Shown here: one piece after another, positions 23,126-31,300 of the stretch | Layout of the letters: each line of letters begins with the position of its first letter | How positions within the stretch are numbered: the first letter of the stretch is position 1 | Virus record (IMG/VR): IMGVR_UViG_3300002035_000002 | Coordinates: 1-40,537 of that record | Direction: 5' to 3' (one strand) | DNA from: a virus | Length of the DNA stretch: 40,537 bases | The notes under the pieces: generated by a model | Told to the model about the DNA's origin: nothing | Databases searched by the model: none | Seen by the model: only the letters and a program-made list of their open reading frames with translations | Translations under genes and position numbers: made by a program

Positions 23126-23993
23126 CCTCAGAGAGAGATATCATCCACGTCCCTGAAAGCTGGGCATAGTCTGTAGTGGTGTTGGGGCGGGGGTCCACAT
23201 TCACCGGCCTTAAGTAGACGCGAAGGTTTCCATCCACAGGAGCTACGAAGGGGCCTGTCCCATCATTGTTAGGGGAGAGGGGGAAGTCCCTCCTGACATC
23301 ATCGTTTACGGGGTTCGTCCATACAGGGACTCCTGACCCTCCAGCCAACCAGTGCCCCCGGTAAAGGAGCGTATGGGCGTCTTCAGAGTCATTGTCCACG
23401 CCTATGCCATCCCATCGCCCTTGAGGGTCTGTAAAGGAGATAAACACTTCCATGTCTGCTATGGTCGCCGCATCCAGAATCCGGCCAAAGAGAGACAGCT
23501 CCGAGACCACCGTTCCTGCCCTTATGAAGTAGCCTTTATGCTCCCACTCCTGAGTAGGGTCAGCTCCAAATCCTGAGGCCTCATTCCATTGGTAGTAGCC
23601 GAACGCGTAGTTATCGTCTGCAGCTGCGGCCACCCAACGCGCATCGTTGTAGCAATAGACCCGTCCTCCTATAGGAAGCTGTTGATAATAACGGGGAGAT
23701 GGTCCTGCGTCCTGTCCGGGTTCTCCTTGCGGACCTTGAGGTCCTGTAGCCCCTTGGGGTCCTTGGGGACCAGCTGCGCCGTCCTGACCAGCCGGGCCTT
23801 GCGGTCCGGGCAAGCCGGGCAAGCCTGCATCACCTTGTGGACCTGCCGGGCCGGTTTCACCCTGCGGTCCTGTTGGACCTGCCTCGCCTTGGGGGCCTGT
23901 GTTTCCTTGAGGGCCGAGAGGGCCTTGTGGTCCGGGGGAGCCAGCGGGACCTGCCGCACCGGCATCTCCTTTCTGCATGGGAAAGAAAAACAT
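23106..23993 (-). CDS. Collagen-like repeat protein with a C-terminal globular domain of about 195 aa. It is a candidate accessory fibre.
   Basis: 295 aa. Residues 9-95 are 29 uninterrupted G-X-Y triplets ([15 protein letters not shown]...GEPGQD). No T7 gp17-type adaptor is present. Confidence 0.85.
   Translation of the reverse strand: MFFFPMQKGDAGAAGPAGSPGPQGPLGPQGNTGPQGEAGPTGPQGETGPAGPQGDAGLPGLPGPQGPAGQDGAAGPQGPQGATGPQGPQGEPGQDAGPSPRYYQQLPIGGRVYCYNDARWVAAAADDNYAFGYYQWNEASGFGADPTQEWEHKGYFIRAGTVVSELSLFGRILDAATIADMEVFISFTDPQGRWDGIGVDNDSEDAHTLLYRGHWLAGGSGVPVWTNPVNDDVRRDFPLSPNNDGTGPFVAPVDGNLRVYLRPVNVDPRPNTTTDYAQLSGTWMISLSEDDIQGA
23709..23969 (-). repeat. Nucleotide-level 9-nt periodic (GGN CCN NNN) collagen-triplet repeat region
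   Basis: It encodes the 29 G-X-Y triplets. Alternative-frame ORFs in the track (23669..23965 -, 23589..24047 +) are artefacts of this repeat. Confidence 0.9.
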
Positions 23994-23994
23994 C

Positions 23995-24279
23995 TTAATG
24001 CTCCCCTGCGGTTACTTTGGCACCTGCTGGTCCAAACACGGTTATAGCATTAGTGATCTTCCCGGCCCATCCCGTAAGAGGAGCAAGGGAAATACACTCA
24101 TACCCATTAGGAGCCGCTTGGTTACCCCATAGGTTTATCCAGAGGGTAGCAGTTGAGTTAGGGTTGAAGATGAATCTCTCCTGCACTGCATTGAAGGTTA
24201 CCTCAGGGAATAGGGTCTCAGAGGAACCTCCCAACGCAGCTATACAGTGGGACGTTAATTCGGCGCTTACGTTTGCCAT
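23995..24279 (-). CDS. Hypothetical protein, 94 aa
   Basis: The ORF lies directly upstream of the collagen-like gene, with 1 nt between its stop and that gene's ATG. No family was recognised. Confidence 0.6.
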   Translation of the reverse strand: MANVSAELTSHCIAALGGSSETLFPEVTFNAVQERFIFNPNSTATLWINLWGNQAAPNGYECISLAPLTGWAGKITNAITVFGPAGAKVTAGEH

Positions 24280-24653
24280 GCTTCTGGGTCCTTTCTTGTA
24301 TCGGTCTTCCCTTCCTCCTGTAACCTTTTTAATTCATAGACATCCGCATGGGAGTTGTAAACGGGGACGCCTTCAAAGAGGAACCTTTCACGGGCCTCGT
24401 GTTCTAGGCAGGTGATGACAGCCTTAAAAGCTGTGGCGACCACTTCGGAATCTGTCATGTGAGGAGAGAGTCTCCACCAGCGCCCGTTCCAAGGTAGGGG
24501 GTTGCCGGTGTGGTTGCATGTCCCGTCTGGGCAGGTCACCCTGACTTGAGGCTGTTTAGGATTAGAGCATGAAAACTCCATCTCGAATCCCGGGTAGGAA
24601 ACCTTGTCGATGAGAGCCTTGAGGCTGTAGAGGGATTGGCGATGAGCTACCAT
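24267..24653 (-). CDS. Hypothetical protein, 128 aa, Cys- and Trp-rich in the centre
   Basis: This is the internal ATG (MVAHRQSLYSL...) of tracked ORF 24267..24809. It starts 2 nt upstream of the preceding gene's stop codon (a 7-nt overlap). The longer version would fully overlap the 63-aa TM gene. Confidence 0.6.
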   Translation of the reverse strand: MVAHRQSLYSLKALIDKVSYPGFEMEFSCSNPKQPQVRVTCPDGTCNHTGNPLPWNGRWWRLSPHMTDSEVVATAFKAVITCLEHEARERFLFEGVPVYNSHADVYELKRLQEEGKTDTRKDPEAWQT

Positions 24654-24838
24654 GCGACCATAGTCCCCAATAATCCCACAAGGCCAGCTAGGATGGTCAA
24701 TGCCGCCATAACCTTGCCTGCGGGCGTGTTGTAGTACATGTCCTTGCCATAATAACGGTAGGAACCTCTTGAGGCCGTATAGACCCCGAAAGCTCCCGTA
24801 GCTAGCCACGAGGACAACATTACCATAAAAGTAGTCAT
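24647..24838 (-). CDS. Small membrane protein, 63 aa, with two TM helices
   Basis: It reads MTTFMVMLSSWLATGAFGVY...VMAALTILAGLVGLLGTMVAW. The ATG overlaps the TerL stop. Confidence 0.6.
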   Translation of the reverse strand: MTTFMVMLSSWLATGAFGVYTASRGSYRYYGKDMYYNTPAGKVMAALTILAGLVGLLGTMVAW

Positions 24839-26685
24839 CTCAACGGTCTTCCTTCTCTCGATCTGTCCATAGGATGCTCTGAGGGAGCTTCTTCCCCCAA
24901 GATAGGTTGCCCCATCCTCCTACGGGCTTCTTTAATTCTTTCCAACTCTTCCTCCAAGGCCTGCTCCCGTTCCTTGCTCTGAGCGTCCTTGAGAGTTTGA
25001 GCCAATGCGTCTACAAACCTCTTAGCACCTGACGCGAGGCTGTCAACCCGGTCATTAAACTTAACGGCATCCCTCTGCTTAGCCATGCGGGTGAACTGGT
25101 AGGTGAGGCGGTAGAATCGACGCTTGGCTTCCTCCACGTCCTTATACTCATTCACGTCCCTAAAGTCTCGGCGGAGAGCCTCAGCATTGACTACAAGGCG
25201 GTGTGTCGAGGTGAGGGTCTCAAGGTTCTCGACTATCCGTTTCTCCTTCATTACCTGAGGCGCTCGCTCATCGGTCACCTCTGCGGTTACCTTCTTCTCC
25301 TTGAGCTTGGGAGCTAGGAGGGTGGAGAACATGCCTTGTCCGAAGTTGCTCTCTACGAACACCTCCTTCACGCCCCACGTCTTACAGTCGTTAGCGATTG
25401 ATTCTAGGACGGAATCTGTGTGACCTTCCAATGAGGAGCCTCTCCAAAGTAGGAATACCCTTCCCCCCATCTCCGCTAGGATAGACCACGAGGTCTCATC
25501 TGAGCCTTCTCCTGAAGGGTCTACTTCGCAGATAACCCGGTTAGCTTCTCTCCAGTCGTCTACCAAGTGAGGGGCATACACTGTACTGTCCCCTTGAAGA
25601 CTATCCACATGGATGTCCTCAAGACGGTTAGCTGCTAGGGGTGCCCACTGAAGCGTGGCAGGCAGTTTGACCTTATCCCCCGGCAAGGCGGGAGGGGCAA
25701 TGTCCATAACCACAAGGTCCCTGATCTTGAGAGGATGTTGGGAGCTGAGGCCTGCATCCATCCACATCATGAACTGACGCTCAAATTCCGTTTTACCCCA
25801 CTCAAGCTTACGCTGATCGATGTCCGCTAGGGAGAATCGAGTAGGCTCCGTAGAGGTTCCTGCGAGGTGGGGGTTGGCTTGGAGCGCCTCTGCGACCATA
25901 GGGGCAAGGCGGTTACCATATTTGAGAAGCTCGTCCTTCTTGGGGTCTTCGTCCCTGTGAGGGTGGAGGATGGGATAGATACGAAGCTCATAGCCCTTCT
26001 CATCCGCATATTCTTTGTAGACCGTCTGCTCGTGTTGGGCTGTCCCTAGGAGGAGCATATCTCCCCCCGGCTTTAGGATAGCCCCTGCCAGCTCGCCCAT
26101 ACGGGTTCTTAGCTGGACACGTTTGGTTTCGGTCTCTGAGGTGTTGGGAATCTCAAGGTCATCGCCGAGGATGAGGGTTGCGCGTTTACCCGTGATCTGG
26201 CCGAAGATAGAGGCGGCGGCGAAGGATTCATCTTTAGAGGCGGGCGCTCCTCTTACGTCGAACGCTAGGGCTGACTGCCTCTGGTTGGTGGTGGGAGCCA
26301 TGTCCCTCTTGAGCCAGTCAAACTCAGTGACCATCTGAAAGGCAAAGGTGGCAATCGCTGAGGCGAACCTGTCCGTTGCCGAGGTGACGAGGACCTGCTC
26401 TGACCTGTCCTCCCGGAGACGGAAGACCCCGTAGTCAGTCGCAACGTAGGTCTTTGCTGCACCACGGAAAGCCATTAGAATCTTACGGGCACCTACTTCC
26501 CCTGTCAACATGGTGGAGCCTTGGAGGGATTCCTTTAACGACTCCTCCTCGATCTGCCTCATGGCGCGGTGGTCATCGAGGTAGTGAGCGAAGTCGTACT
26601 GTAGTGGGGTAGGGTCAGGAAGCCCTAGCGTCCGCCACGTCTTGAACAGGAAGTTAGGGAAATAGGAAAGGGGGTCTTTAGTCAT
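24835..26685 (-). CDS. terL: Terminase large subunit (T7 gp19-like)
   Basis: 616 aa. It has a Walker A-like FRGAAKTYV and a Walker B-like ATLILGDDLE. The size and the position near the right end match T7 gp19. Confidence 0.9.
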   Translation of the reverse strand: MTKDPLSYFPNFLFKTWRTLGLPDPTPLQYDFAHYLDDHRAMRQIEEESLKESLQGSTMLTGEVGARKILMAFRGAAKTYVATDYGVFRLREDRSEQVLVTSATDRFASAIATFAFQMVTEFDWLKRDMAPTTNQRQSALAFDVRGAPASKDESFAAASIFGQITGKRATLILGDDLEIPNTSETETKRVQLRTRMGELAGAILKPGGDMLLLGTAQHEQTVYKEYADEKGYELRIYPILHPHRDEDPKKDELLKYGNRLAPMVAEALQANPHLAGTSTEPTRFSLADIDQRKLEWGKTEFERQFMMWMDAGLSSQHPLKIRDLVVMDIAPPALPGDKVKLPATLQWAPLAANRLEDIHVDSLQGDSTVYAPHLVDDWREANRVICEVDPSGEGSDETSWSILAEMGGRVFLLWRGSSLEGHTDSVLESIANDCKTWGVKEVFVESNFGQGMFSTLLAPKLKEKKVTAEVTDERAPQVMKEKRIVENLETLTSTHRLVVNAEALRRDFRDVNEYKDVEEAKRRFYRLTYQFTRMAKQRDAVKFNDRVDSLASGAKRFVDALAQTLKDAQSKEREQALEEELERIKEARRRMGQPILGEEAPSEHPMDRSREGRPLR

Positions 26686-26908
26686 CTATCTCAAGCCATA
26701 TTTTACGAAGGGTTCCGGGAGCGTTCTGCTTAGCGACTCTAGTAGCTGCGCTCTTAGCGCAATCTGGCCAAAGCTCAGCCTCATCGTATAGGACCCTCTG
26801 ACGCTTCTTACGCGGGTGGTAAGCCTTATCCTCGGGGTCTGGCCGCCTCCGAGAAAGGAAGAGACCGTCGCCCATATAGATTGCCCACTGGAAGAACCTT
26901 TTAGTCAT
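26678..26908 (-). CDS. Hypothetical protein, 76 aa. Its C-terminal half is paralogous to the upstream small ORF.
   Basis: It contains ...KRQRVLYDEAELW....RKIWLEIDD. The stop is coupled to the TerL ATG. Confidence 0.55.
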   Translation of the reverse strand: MTKRFFQWAIYMGDGLFLSRRRPDPEDKAYHPRKKRQRVLYDEAELWPDCAKSAATRVAKQNAPGTLRKIWLEIDD

Positions 26909-27087
26909 ACTGTCTCAAGCCATACCTTATGGATAATTAGTTTTCCCTTAGAAGGGAGGAGATTGTAAGAGACACACAGATAAGCACCTCTCTCAGAATC
27001 CCACTCCCTTAGCACTCTCTGTTTCACGCTATCGGATATTGCTTCCAAGGGAGCTGGTAGTGAGGACCGTCCTTGAGCGATCTCCAA
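26905..27087 (-). CDS. Hypothetical small protein of 40-60 aa with an uncertain start
   Basis: The tracked ATG at 27087 overlaps the endolysin by 64 nt. A GTG at 27027 overlaps the endolysin stop as GTGA and gives VKQRVLREWDSE...HKVWLETV (40 aa). Confidence 0.45.
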   Translation of the reverse strand: MEIAQGRSSLPAPLEAISDSVKQRVLREWDSERGAYLCVSYNLLPSKGKLIIHKVWLETV

Positions 27088-27467
27088 TCACCGCCCCATT
27101 CAATCGGAACATTCAGCTCCTTAGCAGCCTGCTTCATGGCATCTGCGATCTTGTAATAGAGTGGCCAGTCCCAAGAGACCTTGCCTCCGACATAGGCTCC
27201 TAGGTCCACGGCGTGGGAGACCCTCTTGCCCGTATCTCCATTCTTGGCTCGCTTCAGGAGGTGACGACTGTTCATCGTCTTGGAAGCTCCCGCTGCGAAT
27301 AGCTGCCGCTGGCGCTTGGGAGTGCGGCCAGTCTCAAGGACCGTAAAGTCTACCTCTGTGATTCGGATAGCACGCATGACCACGCGCTGCAAATCAGGGT
27401 GGCACTGGCTGAGTCTCCGCATCGAGCGGGCGGAAAGGTTATACTTGTCGGTGACGCGCAGGGTCAT
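27024..27467 (-). CDS. Endolysin, peptidase M15 family (L-alanyl-D-glutamate / VanY-like Zn peptidase)
   Basis: 147 aa from the ATG at 27467 (SD GAAAAGGAAAAG). The Zn and catalytic motifs are NSRHL, SHAVDL and DGPHYQL. The tracked 241-aa N-terminal extension is rejected. Confidence 0.85.
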   Translation of the reverse strand: MTLRVTDKYNLSARSMRRLSQCHPDLQRVVMRAIRITEVDFTVLETGRTPKRQRQLFAAGASKTMNSRHLLKRAKNGDTGKRVSHAVDLGAYVGGKVSWDWPLYYKIADAMKQAAKELNVPIEWGGDWRSLKDGPHYQLPWKQYPIA

Positions 27468-27640
27468 AGGTCTTTTCCTTTTCTGATCATGTGGAGGGTA
27501 TCCTTGAAATAGAACTTCACCTCCGACCATCCTCCAGTTACCTTCCACCCTTCCCGTATGATGAAGTAGGGGATGAGGATAGGGGAGAGGCAAAGGAGGA
27601 TTAGACCCATGATTCGGGTCTCTAGTTTGTCTTGGTTCAT
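27464..27640 (-). CDS. Small single-pass membrane protein of 58 aa, not in the ORF track. It is a holin candidate.
   Basis: Hand translation gives MNQDKLETRIMGLILLCLSPILIPYFIIREGWKVTGGWSEVKFYFKDTLHMIRKGKDL. AGGAG lies 8 nt upstream. It has ATGA overlaps with both neighbours and sits directly upstream of the endolysin. Confidence 0.55.
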   Translation of the reverse strand: MNQDKLETRIMGLILLCLSPILIPYFIIREGWKVTGGWSEVKFYFKDTLHMIRKGKDL

Positions 27641-27915
27641 TGCATGGTCTCCTTTTGCACGGTGCCTGATTGAGCATCAAAGGGAAACTCCTCAGCGGCC
27701 CTCTTTGCGGTCTCGCCAAAGTCACCCTTCTTGACTGCGTTAAAGTCAATAGAGTTTTCCTTCAGGAGGTCGAGGATGAGGCGCTTCTCTGCGACTGGCA
27801 TCTCGGCTGCTCTCTCGGGGTCTTTGATGGTGTCGAGTAGGTTCTTTACCAGATACCTGAGGAGCTGAACCTCAAAGTCTTCTGGTAGGGCGGCTTCGTC
27901 AGAGTTGGATGACAT
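27637..27915 (-). CDS. Terminase small subunit candidate (T7 gp18-like)
   Basis: 92 aa. LLRYLVKNLLDTIKDPERAAEMPVAEKRLILDLLKENSIDFNAVKKGD parallels the remembered T7 gp18 FLEMLDTAMAQRMLADLSDHERRSPQLYNAIVKLLDRHKFQIGKLQPD. Size and position fit. Confidence 0.55.
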   Translation of the reverse strand: MSSNSDEAALPEDFEVQLLRYLVKNLLDTIKDPERAAEMPVAEKRLILDLLKENSIDFNAVKKGDFGETAKRAAEEFPFDAQSGTVQKETMQ

Positions 27916-28153
27916 AACGGATTACCTCTAGGCTGGTGATGATGAATACGATTACTGCGGTCGCGCCCGTAGCCTTAGACTTCCAAGCATGAAGCGCGTC
28001 TATCTTCCCGTCCAACTCTACCTGACAATCTTCCAACCTGACAAGGCGGGGGTTAAGGTTGGCGACTAGCTGGTCCAGTTTACCAGACATCTCGCCTATT
28101 GCATAGTGCAGGCTATTAGGGGGACGCCCTATAGTAGGTTCTAGATCGTTCAT
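27899..28153 (-). CDS. Tail-anchored membrane protein, 84 aa (coiled-coil N-terminus, C-terminal TM)
   Basis: It ends GATAVIVFIITSLEVIRYVIQL. It is the first gene downstream of promoter C. Confidence 0.55.
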   Translation of the reverse strand: MNDLEPTIGRPPNSLHYAIGEMSGKLDQLVANLNPRLVRLEDCQVELDGKIDALHAWKSKATGATAVIVFIITSLEVIRYVIQL

Positions 28154-28291
28154 TCTTCGCGGTTTCCTTTACCGTTGTAATCATTACATTATACCGACCA
28201 CCTTCTAAATCGACCTCTCCTTCCCCCTATAACCCCCATCCTCTTATTCCTTCTTATTAGGGATTCGGGGGGAGGGGGTTGCTCCTTATTA

Positions 28292-28332
28292 GGGTCTCTT
28301 AAGAGGGTAACCTTATAGGGGGTGCCTATATA
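28292..28332 (-). repeat. Tandem units of about 13 nt leading into promoter C, homologous to 11418-11469
   Basis: Plus-strand units are GGGTCTCTTAAGA, GGGTAACCTTATA and GG-GGGTGCCTATATA. TTATTAGGGTCTCTTAAG is shared with region B. C5/C5 tracts lie at 28223-27 and 28233-37, and G6AG5 at 28267-78. Confidence 0.7.
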
Positions 28333-28346
28333 CAAGCTACCAGTGG
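28318..28346 (-). promoter_or_regulatory. Candidate phage-RNAP promoter, copy C, upstream of the lysis/terminase module
   Basis: The minus strand reads CCACTGGTAGCTTGTATATAGGCACCCCC. Confidence 0.65.
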
Positions 28347-28379
28347 AGGAGGTTGATATATAAGGATAATACTAGGGGG

Positions 28380-31300
28380 CTACTCCTCCCCTTCAAAGAG
28401 GTCTAATAGAGCGCCTGTCGCCCCCTCTCGAACCTGATCTTGGAAGCCGCCCACGTCAACCCCTCTCGTTTCTAGTTGTCGAGGGTCGTTTAGAGCTTGC
28501 TCAAAAGGCAGGTCGTTAAGGTAGGCCCTATCCCCCTCCTTAGCCCTAGCAGTAGCGAGGTAGTTAAGGGCGATTGGAGAAGCCTCTGCGATCTCAGCTT
28601 TAATCAGCCTATTATATTCAGTGGTCAGTTGGGAGACTAGGAAGGGTCTATTGAGGTCTCCTCGTGAGGTCTCTGCCCTCGTGGCTGAGCCGTCTACTGC
28701 CTCCTGATATTCAGGACTGTTTATCAGCTCCCGCAAGGCCGCCTCATAAGTTAGCCCTGTGTCAGGATGCTGGTAGGTCTGCTTTACGCTGTGGAAATGA
28801 TCGTAGAGACTATAGCCGTCCTCTAGGATAGCCTCCTGCGCATCGAAGAACCCAAGAGTCACGTCCGATTCCCCTGTAGGGAAGTACCCCGTTTCCTGAT
28901 ACAGGTCGTACAGCTCATCCATGATGTCGTCTACAGCCGGATTAGAGGATGAGAAAGAGAAGGGGAGAAGCCCTCCTGCTACATTCTCAGGACGATCAAT
29001 AGGCTCTCCTAAGATATTCCGGGCGGGTTCAAGCCCTCTAGAGAGACCGGGGACAGTTGCCTGTATGTAGTCCGTCCATGTGTTCTTAAGGCGTCGCCTA
29101 TTATCGAGAAGAGGGGTTAGGTTCTTCTGGGCAACGGCAATACCAAAGGGAGCTAAGTTAGAAGCGATGTTAGCAGTAGTCCGCTTAAAGTATTCTCCGG
29201 GGTCCACTAGAGGGTTCGAGGAGAAGTTAATCAGGTCGGAGGCTGCCCGTAGGGCGGCTCTGTCCATCATCCACTCGGCCATTGCTGCAACGCCGACCCC
29301 AAAGGATTCGTAGGCAGACTCTTCATCGTCGGTGTGTTTGGTTACGTCTAGAAGCGTAGCGGGTATGGATAGTAGCGCCCCTAGCACATCAAGCCTGTCA
29401 AAGGACAGCCAGCCATCTCCAACTTTGAGAGAGTAGGGCTGTATCCCTTTCTCCTGCCACGCCTTACGGTCACGGGGATTAGAGGGAAGGGCACCTGTGA
29501 TGTAGCCCTCTTCGGCCAAATAGGCCCCGGCAGCAAGCACAGAGGTTCCCATGACTGTTCGACCTGCTGCGTCAGCTTGTGCTATCGGCCCCATTTTCCC
29601 TGCCAATTCGTCTCTGTAGTGCTTCCGGAACAGGTTAACTCCAGAGCTTTTATAGACGAGGTGCATCCCGTTCATGGGGACATTATAGATAGGGAGGATA
29701 AAACGCATCCAAGGGTGGTTGGCTCGTAGACCGTTTACTCCTGACGAGAATTTGCGGAAGGCTGTTCCGGCCCGTCCCGGAGTTTTGGTGAGGGTGAGAG
29801 TTTCGGCTCTCTCAAGGGCTGTCAGATCGGACAGTTTCCCTGTCTCAGGGTCAAGGGCTGCCTGCATCCTCTCCTTTACTAGCTGCTCAATCTCACGAGG
29901 CTCTGTTATTTCCCTCAACGCTGCCTCTTCAACGGCCCGTGCTTTTACTTCCGTGAGGCCTATCTTTGTTTTGGCAAAGTCGTCCATCCCTAGCATAACC
30001 CTCCCCGCTGCGCGAGGCCATAGGTTCATAAGGTTGCCAAGCCCATAGAGGCTCCTATCGACAATACCGTCTTCCATATTGAAGGGGACTGGACCATAGC
30101 CACTTACTGCATCCGTAAATATAGACCCTCCTCCTATAGAAGTCTGACCTTGTTGTGCTGATCTGATGGAGTTACCTACGGCCAGAGCAGTTTCGTCACT
30201 GACACTCGCCCGTGCAAAGTTACTCAATGCGTGTTTTACTTGCGTCCCGGCCATCATATCCTTAGCGGCATTGAAGGCTTCGGCTTGGGCGATACGAGTA
30301 GCCCGGTAGGAGAGGTGAAGGTTTTTAGCGATCTCAGCTTGTGTTTGCCTCGTCTCTTTCGTGGCCGCTACGGACAACAGTCTGGAGCCTACCTGTCTGT
30401 AGCCCCTCCGCCAAGTTGCCATTAGAGCCGGACCCGTAGCATTAAGGGCGTAAGTTTTCAAGCCGGAGAGAAGGTTAGCTACGTATAGATTAGCAGCCGA
30501 CTGCACGACATATCCAGCAGAGTTAGGCCGCTTTATCAGATCACCTAGCTTGGCGTCCAACATCCCGAACTGTTTCTTAGGGTCCCCTCCCGTAAGAGAC
30601 CACTCCTCTAGCCACCTCTGAACATCCTCAGGGGAATCAGGTAGGGAACCTAAGTCGGCTTTTTCGGGGATTTGAGTCAGGTCAGTCACATCCTCCCCTG
30701 CTTCTGCCAGCTCGTCTGTGGCTTGGGTTTTGTCCAGCGGACGGCCCTCGACACGAGTTTTAAGAGCCGACTTAAACTCCTCGATATACGTATCTGCGTC
30801 AGGGAGTTGGTTTATGCGAAGCACCCTACCGCCCTGCGCCTGAGCTTGTTTAATGCCGTGGTGGATAGCATACAGGTTATGGATACCTTCCGCAGCGTCC
30901 ACCCAGAAGTCAGGAGTGGCAGAGGCATAGTCTACGCCTAGGATGAACCTACTATTCATTTCGCTTTGGACGCGCTTGTATGCTGTCCGCACTCCCATAA
31001 GAGCCGCGACTTGGGTTATGCCCTGCGTGGCCACCCTCTCTGAAAAGGCGAGCAGGTCCTCAGGAGTTGTTCCTAAGTCGTCAGCTATCTGCTGTGCAGT
31101 GACTGCTACGTCTATATCCTTGAGAACAGTCTTTTGATCGATCTCCCTGCCCAGAGCCGCCATAAGGGATTCGGCGTCCTCAGGGGTTCCTAGTATTCCT
31201 ATCCGCCCGCGAGCGTTGGCAAGCAAGTCCCGGCTAACGTCCTCCCAATCGAAATTAGAGATAGTCTCTGCCTTCTTCTCTTTAGGGGCCTTAACGAACG

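Noticed and set aside
23669-23965. 98-aa alternative-frame ORF inside the collagen repeat region.
   Set aside because: It is a by-product of the 9-nt periodic GC-rich repeat, which keeps all frames open. Only the G-X-Y frame gives a coherent protein with a defined start and a C-terminal domain.
27468-27749. N-terminal extensions of tracked ORFs: endolysin 241 aa, first early gene from 22147, 180-aa ORF from 24809, gp15-like from 34807, 121-aa ORF from 10309 and 150-aa ORF from 2615.
   Set aside because: The extensions overlap upstream genes or promoter and leader elements and often begin at GTG or TTG. Internal ATGs with good SDs sit right at the upstream gene's stop.
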